A stretch of 64,000 nt of DNA. Source: Octopus bimaculoides. Taxonomy: Eukaryota. Below the pieces are notes generated by a model. It was given only the letters and a program-made list of their open reading frames with translations, ran no database searches and had not been told where the DNA came from. The stretch is taken from positions 71,016,816 through 71,080,815 of the forward strand of contig NC_068984.1 in NCBI RefSeq assembly GCF_001194135.2. The letters are read 5' to 3'. Positions 12,960 through 23,787 of this stretch are shown here, piece after piece; position 1 is the first letter of the stretch; each line of letters opens with the position of its first letter. The position numbers were made by a program, and so were the translations under genes.

Positions 12960-13500
12960 CAACTCTTTTTACTTTAATAACTCCTCTTTCATCCAGAATA
13001 TTTTAATTCGAAGATGTTTGTATTTTTCACAGATTTTCCTCTTCCTATCGCACTCTAACTTGGCCACAAGAGATTAAAATGTCGATGAGGCATTGATTAT
13101 GATATCCGAATAGATATTTTGATTTCTCTGTAAATTTTGATAGTTTGGTGTATCCCCGAAGATAGTGGCCATGTTGGTATTAAGTAACATGTCTGGTACA
13201 CATTTACATTGCTTGTTGTCTGCTTTTTATAGTAAAATGTCGGTGTATTGCTAAATATGCATAGCTGCTAAATTGATCCTGTCTGTGAATATACTTTAAC
13301 TAAGCAAGGACTGGACAGCTTGAGATGAGATTGTAAACTGTCACCTTTTACCGACTGCATCGTCTGCATCGTCTGCATCGTCTGCATTTAATGATAACGT
13401 TTTCTATTACTATTTAATCGTTTGTAACTCATTGTTTGCGCCTGGACATTGGTCTTGTTCAGTTAAAATCACACCATTTATTAATATATTTGAGTAGTCT
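12960..13500 (-). mobile_element. Older R4/Dong 3' fragment (zinc knuckle and RLE)
   Basis: KCRRCRRCRRC...NLISSCPVLA..Y..RQD; TIF.D..NYQNLQRNQK; EKYKHL, with many stops. Confidence 0.65.
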
Positions 13501-13590
13501 TATTTATATTGCATAATTTCATTGCACTACTAAATGTAGCTTTTTATGCAGTATCTAGTTTTCGTCATGTTCTGATGATTATGATCAGCA

Positions 13591-13622
<32 letters not shown>

Positions 13623-15188
13623 ATCATCATCATCATCACCATCATCAAGGCAGAGGAGGTCCAGAATCAATAGAATACTGAAATAAAGATCTTGTAGTTC
13701 TTTAATCTTTTATTATTTTCTGAGTTCAAATCAGATATGTTTAATTTTTAATTTGATTTCATGCACCTAAAACCAGTATACACTACTAGTATGCCGAGGA
13801 AAAGTTTATAAAATTACTCTTCATATCAAATGCCTTGCTTTAAATTGTTTCATAGAAATTAAATGCTGGCCAGAAAGCTAAAAGCGGTGCCAGTTTGTTT
13901 TACAGTATTTAGATTTATTAGTCTAGATCTCCGATCTGGTTTTTACGGCTCCGATGTGTTTTTTATGCAAATAAAAAAAGTATAAATAACACACCTAACT
14001 GACAAACATTATCGTTATATATATATGAAACAAACCAGTATTAATTTATCCTTTAGTGCGACATGTTGACATGAATGATTGGATGTAAGATCAGAAGCGA
14101 AATGTAACATGATTTAAGTACAGCTCTGATCACAGAGTAAGAAGAAAACGGCATTTAACACAATAGATTAGGATACATTTCTATATGGGAATGGATCTGG
14201 GGGATGACATAAATATAGATTAGAGTAACAAATCAACCGACCTGCAGTATAACGATTTAAAAATTCAGATATATCTAAGTTTTACGTTTGAGATTTTAGC
14301 AATCATAGAATTTAAATTGGAAGCAAAATAGTTTCATTATACGAATCAACCTTAAAAACAAGAAGAGAAAAGTTACTGCTACTTACTTTATCAGCCTTGT
14401 ATAAAGTTTAAGCAGAAGTAACTGAAGCAAGATTACTACCTAAAAATTCAGCTGGATGAAACTAAATACGGCACCACTCCTAGATTGGTACTTTTCTACC
14501 ATTTCTTCTTATTGGAAACCCTTAGTTTCTTAGTTTCTTAGTTTCTTTGAATGCATACATACATACGTATGTATGTATGTATGTATGTTTGTTTATGTAA
14601 GTATGTATGTATGTATGTATGCATGACTAGTAATATTTAGTTATGTGCATGTTGTTCTACTTTTCAAGCAATACTATTCTAACTGTATACCTATAGCCAT
14701 ACTCGAGTGTATATTAATAACTAACTTTAGCACATGGCGACATAATTTGCCTAAAATATAAAGAGTGATTACTAAATTCCTCAAAGTATTTTATTTGGTG
14801 CTATCATCGATCACCCATCTTTAAATACATATTGACAGGTGTACACTTGCTGTTATCATACTTGTATTAAAACTTACTAAAGCATTGTTTTGCACATGGT
14901 GTCTTGTCTTGAGAATTGATTGGTAATGGTATTGGTGCTTGTGGTTTGGATAGTGAAGTTTATATATTTATGCTCTCCCTATTGCATTGCTAAAATTAGT
15001 TAAACCTGAATGTGGCGGGTGTTAACAGAAAAGAAGGTCTCTAACACATTTCATTTAGCAATTACTGTAATTTTGAAGTTTCCATATTTTCAGAATATAG
15101 AGTGGTTCTTTGTAAATAATTTCTTATTTCTCAGAGTAGAATTTAGATAAAGACAAATTGCTCTGTCATGCAACCAATGTTCTTCACG

Positions 15189-15224
<36 letters not shown>

Positions 15225-15481
15225 GCTGACTACAACTTGCACTAAATTAATCAAGAGCAATAGGAAAGTGAAATTCCCATGACATTTTAGTGACATCTGT
15301 ATTATATAACTTATACATATGTGCCGGTACCTTGAGAGCTAGCAATGTAAGTAAAGTTCTTAGCTAAGTTTATGATAAATTGGTTGTGTTGTTTAGATGA
15401 AAAGCTACTGAAGCATATGATGTTGCAGTTGTTATAGTTACCACGATGATAAGTTTTCCAGCGTTGGCCGTTCATCCTTTT

Positions 15482-15757
15482 CTAACATAGTGTATCAAGG
15501 ACTACATCATCAAACGGTATACAGATTTTTGTTTCTTTTAAAGTAGTAAACTGTGATTTGAAATCGCTGGTTGAGATTTTACTTAGAGGCGCCCTCTTCT
15601 TGATTAGTATTTTAGGTAACAATAAACATGGAGATGCATAGAAGTCATTTTCACCAGTAGTCTGTTGAAAACTAAGCATGTTACACAGGCTAAACGGAAA
15701 TTCGTCCTTGGATTCAAGAGAAAAATTTGATGTAGTTTCTGTTGTGTCTGTATAACT
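15482..15757 (-). CDS. Possible host coding exon of unknown product
   Basis: Part of a 107-codon ORF (15482-15805) in non-repetitive DNA; candidate acceptor tttctataag| at 15758; peptide YTDTTETTSNFSLESKDEF...IPFDDVVLDTLC*. No family recognised. Confidence 0.3.
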   Translation of the reverse strand, partial: SYTDTTETTSNFSLESKDEFPFSLCNMLSFQQTTGENDFYASPCLLLPKILIKKRAPLSKISTSDFKSQFTTLKETKICIPFDDVVLDTLC

Positions 15758-16374
15758 TATAGAAACATTTGAATAAAATAATTCAAGAAAACAAAATACT
15801 CTCATTGTTTCATGTTCCTGCTGTTTACTTCAGGGAGCTTTAAATATCTTGAGAAAAAAACTATATTCAATTATATGGAGTTTGGCATTGAAAATATAAG
15901 TGCCTGGACCATACATTTTACACAGTATTAGAGGTTGAGGTATAAACCATTAACATCTTGTTCGTCTTGTGCCTTTCAATATTAGAAGATTTCTGAATCC
16001 CCCTGGAAAACAGCTGAATATTTATATGTAATTTTGTGGGAAGCAAGGACTCGTTTATTGGACATTATAAATTTCGAAATTAAAAATCTAAATATATTTT
16101 TGTATGGGCAATTTTATGGACAGACAAACATGCATATTCGCTTTCTGAACGTTGTTCATTATCGTGAGATGTTGCCTTCATATGACAATGTCTTTGGTAG
16201 ATGTCTTTCCTGATTTGTTGCCATTCGTGATTTTGAGAAAATAACAAAAAAATCTACTAATAAGTGATCTTTCGCTTCTTTAAAAGATTCGCTTCAATAA
16301 TGTTTGTTAATGTATGTATATATGTATACACGCACAAACACGCGCGCGCACACAGACAGATGGAAATTGAATTA

Positions 16375-16610
16375 AGTCCGTCGAATATGTGTATGTGTCT
16401 TTGTATATGTTTGTCTCATATCACCGATTAAAAATCGGTGTCGGTATGTTTGCGTCTCCGTTGCGTAGCGGCTCTACAGAAGACACTGATAAAATGAGAA
16501 CGAGGCGTAAACAAATTAATACTAGGATTGATTCATTCGACTAACAATTCTTGTATCTAGTGTCCCAGTATGGTCTCAGTTGAATGACTGAAACAAAATA
16601 AAGATAAGAG
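16375..16610 (+). mobile_element. SINE family 1, 3' half with tail
   Basis: ccgtcgaatatgtgtatgtgtc...cggtatgtttgcgtctccg...cccagtatggtctcagttgaatgactgaaacaaaataaagataag. Confidence 0.7.
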
Positions 16611-16833
16611 CGATGTTTTCTGCCATTGTGCTTTAAGGAATATTTTCATATAATTAATAATTCTTAAATTAAGAAAATCTTTCTTCAAATATTGTGACTA
16701 TACCTAAACTACAGACACACGCATATATATATATATATATGTATATGTGTGTGTGTTTGCGTAATATGTATATAAGTATAAATATTTACATACATGTACA
16801 TACGTATACAAATGTATATAAATACACACGCAC

Positions 16834-16878
<45 letters not shown>

Positions 16879-17194
16879 TACACGCATGCATTAAGAATTT
16901 TATATTAATAATGTGCACGTATATATGTAGTACTTCCTCCACGATAGACCCTCTTTAAGACCTATTGCATTTAGAAACACAGCATCATTCAAATTTTAGC
17001 GAAATGAAATCGCCTCGAACATGAAAGTGACAGATATATGTGTTTCACTCCCGGATGATTTTGTCCTGCCTAGTTTTGATGTATATAGTGTGTTTGAACA
17101 AAATACGTCTTAAAAGGAATCTGTCTAATACGAAGTACAACATCAGAGCGCTTAGCTACGCCCAACACGTACACGCACACGCACACGCGCGCGC

Positions 17195-17270
17195 GCGCAA
17201 AGTGGATCTGAATCCTGAACCATGTGGTTGGGAATCAAGCTTCCTATCTCACAGCCACGACTGCACCTGT
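17195..17270 (-). mobile_element. SINE family 1, tRNA-like head fragment
   Basis: Reverse complement aggtgcagtcgtggctgtgagataggaagcttgattcccaaccacatggttcaggattcagatccac. Confidence 0.7.
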
Positions 17271-17399
17271 TTAAATGTGAAATGTAAAATATTTCGACTT
17301 TGCATCGGCCTTCGACTAAAGTGTTCATGGGATGAGACGTCACATCTGCGAGAACTTAATAATATTTGTAAACTACAGAAATGGATACATGACTTTTAA

Positions 17400-18300
17400 T
17401 AGATAAGAGTGAAGAAGTCCTATCCCTTGGGGTTATCTCCGAGAAAATATTAATATTAAGTGGAATTCCTCAGGGAACTAACAGCTACTGTTCGTAGTGG
17501 CTCCCTCGGTCACACCTTCAGTCATACAGCCTGCTACTCTTATCAGATATGTTTTTAATACGTATGTATCTCAAGGCAATCAAGAACAATGAATAAACCT
17601 CAGACCTACAGAAGGATTTGAATACATTATACTAGAGGGCTAAAGTAAACAATATACAGTTCAATGTCGACAAGTTTCAATCACTTCGATATCGACCCCA
17701 ATCAACTAACAATCAGAATATCCAGGGTTATTGCAATTCCAGAGTTGCAAGTTAGCGAGTAAACTCGGAAGTCACGTAAGTCACGATGCATCGTTCCATG
17801 TGCATTTTACTAAGATGGCAACAATGTGCAAGCGACTGATTGGTCGGATTCTGAGAAAGTTTCAAAGAAGAGAAAAGGAAACCATGATCCTCCTGTGGAG
17901 AATGTTTGTGCTTGGTTGCCTGGATCACTGCATGGTATCAAAATCCCGGCATCTCCGCCCAGAGTAAGAACCCAGCACTATAACAGCACAGAGTTCACAG
18001 AGTTGCAAATTTTTAATAACTTATTAAGAGGCTTTAGTGATCTACAGGGTGTAAATGTGGATACATTCAATGAGCAATTAGACACGTTCTTTTTTTTTTT
18101 TATCTAATATACTAGCTGAACCCACATAACGGCAAGAAACGCAAAAAAGAAAGGGAAGTTTGTCCAACTCACCACGTCACTAGGACTGATTCTGAATACA
18201 TAAATAGGAAAAGAATCTAAAACAAATAGGCATCCGTGCTAGTGGTGGTGCACCAGCATGGACACAGCCTATGGCTGAAACTGATAATAGGATAACAGAA
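17400..18300 (+). mobile_element. CR1-type LINE, 5'-truncated, with 3'UTR and tail
   Basis: ILSGIPQGT..LLFVVA; DLQKDLNTLY...NNIQFNVDKFQSLRY; HDASFHVHFTKMATMCKRLIGRILRKF; IFNNLLRGFSDLQGVNVDTF; tail ggtggtgcaccagcatggacacagcctatggctgaaac. Confidence 0.85.
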
Positions 18301-18363
18301 TAGATTATAAACACAAACACGTAAGTCGAGAGATATTATGGACATAAATACGCATACATAAGT

Positions 18364-18397
<34 letters not shown>

Positions 18398-18990
18398 NNN
18401 NNNNNNNNNNNNNNNNNNNNNNNNNNNNNNNNNNNNNNNNNNNNNNNNNNNNNNNNNNNNNNNNNNNNNNNNNNNNNNNNNNNNNNNNNCTTCCGATCTT
18501 ATATATATATAAATATATACATCTGTAAATTTATGTATGCATACATACTTACACACGCCAGACGCATATACACACATACAATTTTACACTCATATAATCA
18601 TATATATTTGGGATACTTCATCCGCTTGTATTTGCACGCGTGTATAAATGCTTATACAGCTATATGTATATATACATATGTATATGTATAAATATGCATA
18701 TATGTGTATGTGAGTATAATCTCTCTGTCTCTGTCTCTCTATGTGTGTGTGTAAATATATAAGTATAAAAATAAGTACATAACAGATGATCTGTTGCAGA
18801 GATTGAAATTATACACACCAGTGCATCCTTGGATGCTAATATAATTGCACTGTAATATTGATTGATATGTTACATATGTATAGGAGATTATTATAAATTA
18901 ATAACATGTGACTATTCTCTGTAGTACAAGTTTTGTACTTGATACAATATCAATGAAGCATATGATGCATTATAAAATTGAATGTGGATT

Positions 18991-19390
18991 TGGATGGGCA
19001 GCTTTTTGTTTATGTCTGTGACTGTATATTAATGTATGTGAGCATGTAAGTGGTTATGTCATTTCAGTGTGTGGATATGCTGCACTGTGCGTGAGTACAT
19101 GGTCGTATGCGGATGTATTTGCTTATTTATGCGTGTGTTCTTCTGGTGTGGGTATGTTGCCTGTAGTATTTGAAGCTGTTGTGTGTGGTCTTGGATGGGC
19201 AGCTTTTTGTTTATATCTGTGACTGTATATGAATGTATGTGTGCCTGTAAGTGGTTTTGTCATTTCAGTATGCGGATATGCAGCACTGTGCCTGAGTATA
19301 TGGTCATATGTGGGTGTATTTGCTTATTTATGCGTGTATTCTGGTGTGGGAATGGTGCCTGTATTATGTGAGGCTGTTGTGTGTGGTTTT
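18991..19390. repeat. Two-copy ~201-bp tandem duplication
   Basis: Both copies begin tggatgggcagctttttgtttat (18991, 19192) and stay colinear up to gctgttgtgtgtggt. Confidence 0.9.
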
Positions 19391-19400
19391 ATGTGTGTGT

Positions 19401-19448
<48 letters not shown>

Positions 19449-20841
19449 CTATGTGTAAATATGTATGTCGATGGCTGTTGTTACGTGATAGCGTGTTAAC
19501 TGCAATGCCATAGGTATTAGGACTATTCTGTACGTGTTTCTAAATAATATAATTAATACGATGTATTCCTGAGAAGCTAGGGGTGGTGGTTAGAAATCAG
19601 CTTGCTACCTTCTGTTCGTTTTTCGTGCCTCTCTATAGCTAGGTCATGAATGTTGGATAATGAGCGAAAAAGTACCATCAAAAATAGATGTTGCCTAAAT
19701 GGGTTCATCCGAGGAATGTCAAGATTAACTTTTTTTCAACAGAGCGCGCAAAAAAGGGAGATCTCGTGGTCTCTGCAGGTCGAAGCGTGACTTTCCCGCA
19801 AGGAGAGATCATGGTTCCAATACTTTGAACACGTGGAAAAATAACAAAACGGATTTTTTAAATGAACTCAAAATGTAGAAGCAGACCAAGAGCATGATTT
19901 GTGGATAACTTACATAGTTTCAGTTGGTCGCTCTTGTGAATCCAGTACAAAAGTGTAATGATGGTTACTTCTGATAGTTCTCTGTAGAGGATGTGCGTGG
20001 GGATTATATCGTCATGAACCACTCAGAAATAGTATGTAGCGAAAATAAGCAAATGGGCACTCCTCAGCGGAAAACAATTGGTTGACGGATGATAATGCCT
20101 TGTTATGTGTAGATTGCTGCTTTTAGGTTTAGTTGGTAAAATATTTAGAAAACTAAATGTGTTTAAAATGAAACTTCAATATAGATGGGGATATATATTT
20201 TAAGTTGAGGCATGGAAAGACAGAGATTTATATCTAGTGCTTTAAACCCATTTAAAGAAAGGGAGATCTCAAGCATAAAACTTCATCCAAGATCTCGATG
20301 TTGACGATGTGCAAATGACGTTATATATATATATATATATATATATATNNNNNNNNNNNNNNNNNNNNNNNNNNNNNNNNNNNNNNNNNNNNNNNNNNNN
20401 NNNNNNNNNNNNNNNNNNNNNNNNNNNNNNNNNNNNNNNNNNNNNNNNNNNNNNNNNNNNNNNNNNNNNNNNNNNNNNNNNNNNNNNNNNNNNNNNNNNN
20501 NNNNNNNNNNNNNNNNNNNNNNNNNNNNNNNNNNNNNNNNNNNNNNNNNNNNNNNNNNNNNNNNNNNNNNNNNNNNNNNNNNNNNNNNNNNNNNNNNNNN
20601 NNNNNNNNNNNNNNNNNNNNNNNNNNNNNNNNNNNNNNNNNNNNNNNNNNNNNNNNNNNNNNNNNNNNNNNNNNNNNNNNNNNNNNNNNNNNNNNNNNNN
20701 NNNNNNNNNNNNNNNNNNNNNNNNNNNNNNNNNNNNNNNNNNNNNNNNNNNNNNNNNNNNNNNNNNNNNNNNNNNNNNNNNNNNNNNNNNNNNNNNNNNN
20801 NNNNNNNNNNNNNNNNNNNNNNNNNNNNNNNNNNNNNNNNN

Positions 20842-20877
<36 letters not shown>

Positions 20878-21178
20878 TCACATGCCCCCCACACAAAAAC
20901 ACACACACAAACACACACACAGACAGACACACACAAACATACACACACAGATATACACGCCCCCCACCTAATCTTTGCATATTGAATGATTAGGCAGTTC
21001 AGTTGATTGAAGACCTGAATAGTCATCCTTAAAAGTGACAGATATCCATTTACTAAGAAAGAAACGAAAGTTTAGTTGAATTGGTTGGATAGAACCACAG
21101 AAGACAAATCGACAGAGTGATAGACATATAGATAAACACAGATATTGCATCAATCCATCAAATAGTTTAATAGCACAG

Positions 21179-21301
21179 CTAGGTGTTCTTGGGTGTCTTT
21201 AATGGAATGAACTCTGATTCAGCAGGAGGTGTGAGAGGCATGAACTCATCTCTTTCTTTTCTAAATTGTTCAGTTGAAAAATATCCTTTTGAATTTCTTT
21301 T
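21179..21301 (-). other. Short protein-like open frame, possible terminal exon
   Basis: KRNSKGYFSTEQFRKERDEFMPLTPPAESEFIPLKTPKNT*; candidate acceptor caatttag| at 21261-21262. Confidence 0.25.
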
Positions 21302-21389
21302 TCATGTCAGCACTAAATTAATGAATGTTATTGAATTTTAACGTCGGCAGAATACCACATATTCTAAAAGAGGGCATTGTTGATTAAAC

Positions 21390-21525
21390 CGATTTATATT
21401 ATCGACCTTGAAAGGATGAAAGACAACGTTGATTGCAGCAGGATTTGAACCCAGAATGTTAAAGGTCGTAAATAAATACCAACAATCAGTTTAGCCGATA
21501 TTTTAATGATTCGGCTAATCCACAA
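21390..21525 (-). mobile_element. SINE family 2, degenerate
   Basis: atcgaccttgaaaggatgaaagacaacgttgattgcagcaggatttgaacccagaa, the reverse of the family 2 core and B-box. Confidence 0.65.
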
Positions 21526-22009
21526 CCCTCCCTTACTTAAAATATTACAAGATCCACCCCTTCCCTGAAGTCATTAACTGCTCCTTTAATGCTCTGGGGG
21601 CGTATGTATTCCTCTTTCATTGTCTCTCCTTCTATTCTCTATAATATTCACTATAATTTCTCATCTATCTGTCCTCCAGCAACTTATGTAAGCATGCCGG
21701 TATGCAAATATTTATTTCTGCATCAATAAGTTGATACGTCTATCTATCTGTCTATCCTACTATCGGTCTTACTTTCTATCTGTAAGTCTTCCTATCTGTC
21801 TGTCTGTTTGACTATCTGTCTCCCTTCGTCTCTGTCTATATTTCTGCTCAAACAGTTTTGCATAGATGCAGTCCAATGTTTTAGAGATAATATGTGAACC
21901 AGAGGTAATTGAATCATTATACGTTAATGATTATTGCCATAATTATTACAAGTCACTAGGACGTTATTGATTATCGTCTCTTTGACCTTGAGTACAATTA
22001 GACATTTTC

Positions 22010-22240
22010 ATCTTTTACTTTGAGGATTGAGAGTTAGGGATCCCTTTAATCCACAATTATTAACCTGATATTGATTGTATCGAATCCTCGCTTTCCCCAT
22101 CCTCATTGCTTTAATCACATCATAAACTCCATCAAAACTGATTCTTTTGAATCGACGAGGAGTTCTCTGTGTAAGAACGCGATCTGCTAAAAATAGCAGA
22201 GAAAATTCTCTGCTAAACAATGCGCTACTCATTTAAAAGA
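22010..22240 (-). mobile_element. Very old LINE (RTE-like) pre-RT remnant
   Basis: RISFDGVYDVIKAMRMGKA resembles the I..DEV..AIK.MK.GKA motif upstream of LINE RT. Confidence 0.4.
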
Positions 22241-22380
22241 GATCCCAATGGATAATGTAGTCCAGGTTACACAATTCCTTGAATAAAATGAAAATAAAAG
22301 AACTGTGTGGTTATGACTTGAATGTCTTTGATCGTAAATTCCTCGCGATCACGGCCAACTTGAAGCTAAACAATAACGGC

Positions 22381-22475
22381 TACTACAATATCATATTGAT
22401 ACTACAATATTGATACTACAATATTGATACTACAATATTGATACTACAATATTGATACTACAATATCATATTGAT
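22381..22475. repeat. 14-bp tandem repeat (GATACTACAATATT)n
   Basis: About 6 units; the terminal units carry an extra ATCAT. Confidence 0.92.
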
Positions 22476-22920
22476 ATTTTTGTCAGATTCGGAGTTCGCA
22501 TCATTATAATGAAATGGGTTTAGTTTAGTGAAACACCTCGGCAAAACACTATTTTGACAGGTGCATTCTTGCAAAGGAACGTCTACATGTATCAATCATT
22601 CTGCTAGAAATAATCAGCAAATTCTACCTCATATCAAACTCTACAATATTGGATAGGCTGTGACACATTAGACAAGGTAATTCCATATATAATATCTGAA
22701 AAGAAGATGCATAGTAATGATTATAATGCCATTCATTATAAATATGGTCGGCGAGGGGGGAATCATGGTGTTGAATGACAACAAAATTTAGGGTATGACG
22801 TACCAATTCTTCAGGAAATATAGACAAGGTCAATGTTGGAAATATTTGATTTTGGAAAGTAAATAAATAAAACGCTCTAAATTTCTTGTGAGCCTATATT
22901 ATAAACATATTATACTATAT

Positions 22921-23293
22921 TATAATATAAAATATATCATAAACAAAGATAGATACATATTATGATATAAAATATATTATAAACAAAGATAGATACATAT
23001 TATGATATAAAATATATCATAAACAAAGATAGATAGATATTATGATATAAAATATATTATAAACAAAGATAGATAGATATTATGATATAAAATATATTAT
23101 AAACAAAAATAGATACATATTATGATATAAAATATATTATAAACAAAGATAGATACATATTATGATATAAAATATATCATAAACAAAGATAGATACATAT
23201 TATAATATAAAATATATTATAAACAAATATAAGTACATATTATGATATAAAATATATTATAAACAAAGATAGATAGATATTATGATATAAAAT
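22921..23293. repeat. 40-bp AT-rich minisatellite running into a gap
   Basis: Unit TATGATATAAAATATATTATAAACAAAGATAGATACATAT, 9 full copies plus a partial one, phase exactly 40. Confidence 0.95.
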
Positions 23294-23554
23294 NNNNNNN
23301 NNNNNNNNNNNNNNNNNNNNNNNNNNNNNNNNNNNNNNNNNNNNNNNNNNNNNNNNNNNNNNNNNNNNNNNNNNNNNNNNNNNNNNNNNNNNNNNNNNNN
23401 NNNNNNNNNNNNNNNNNNNNNNNNNNNNNNNNNNNNNNNNNNNNNNNNNNNNNNNNNNNNNNNNNNNNNNNNNNNNNNNNNNNNNNNNNNNNNNNNNNNN
23501 NNNNNNNNNNNNNNNNNNNNNNNNNNNNNNNNNNNNNNNNNNNNNNNNNNNNNN

Positions 23555-23787
23555 TGTGACAAGGCTGGCCCTTTGAATTACAGGCACAACAGAAACAGGA
23601 AGTAAGAGTGAGAGAAAGTTGTGGTGAAAGAGTACAGCAGGGTTCGCCACCACCCTCTGCCGGAGCCTCGTGGAGCTTTAGGTGTTTTCACTCAATAAAC
23701 ACTCACAACGCCCGGTCTGGGAATCGAAATCGTGATCCTATGACCGCAAGTCCACTGCCCTAACCACTGGGCCATTGCGCCTCTACC
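23555..23787 (-). mobile_element. tRNA-derived SINE, family 3, well preserved
   Basis: Minus head gtagaggcgcaatggcccagtggttagggcagtggac...gatttcgattcccagacc with A box (TGGCCCAGTGG) and B box (TTCGATTCC), followed by a non-tRNA body; truncated by the gap. Confidence 0.85.

Noticed and set aside
22381-23293. Regular short repeats resembling a CRISPR array
   Set aside because: No unique spacers, no cas genes, eukaryotic context; these are simple tandem repeats.
23690-23787. tRNA-like sequence with A and B boxes
   Set aside because: It runs straight into a SINE body and has no acceptor-stem closure; it is a SINE head, not a tRNA gene.
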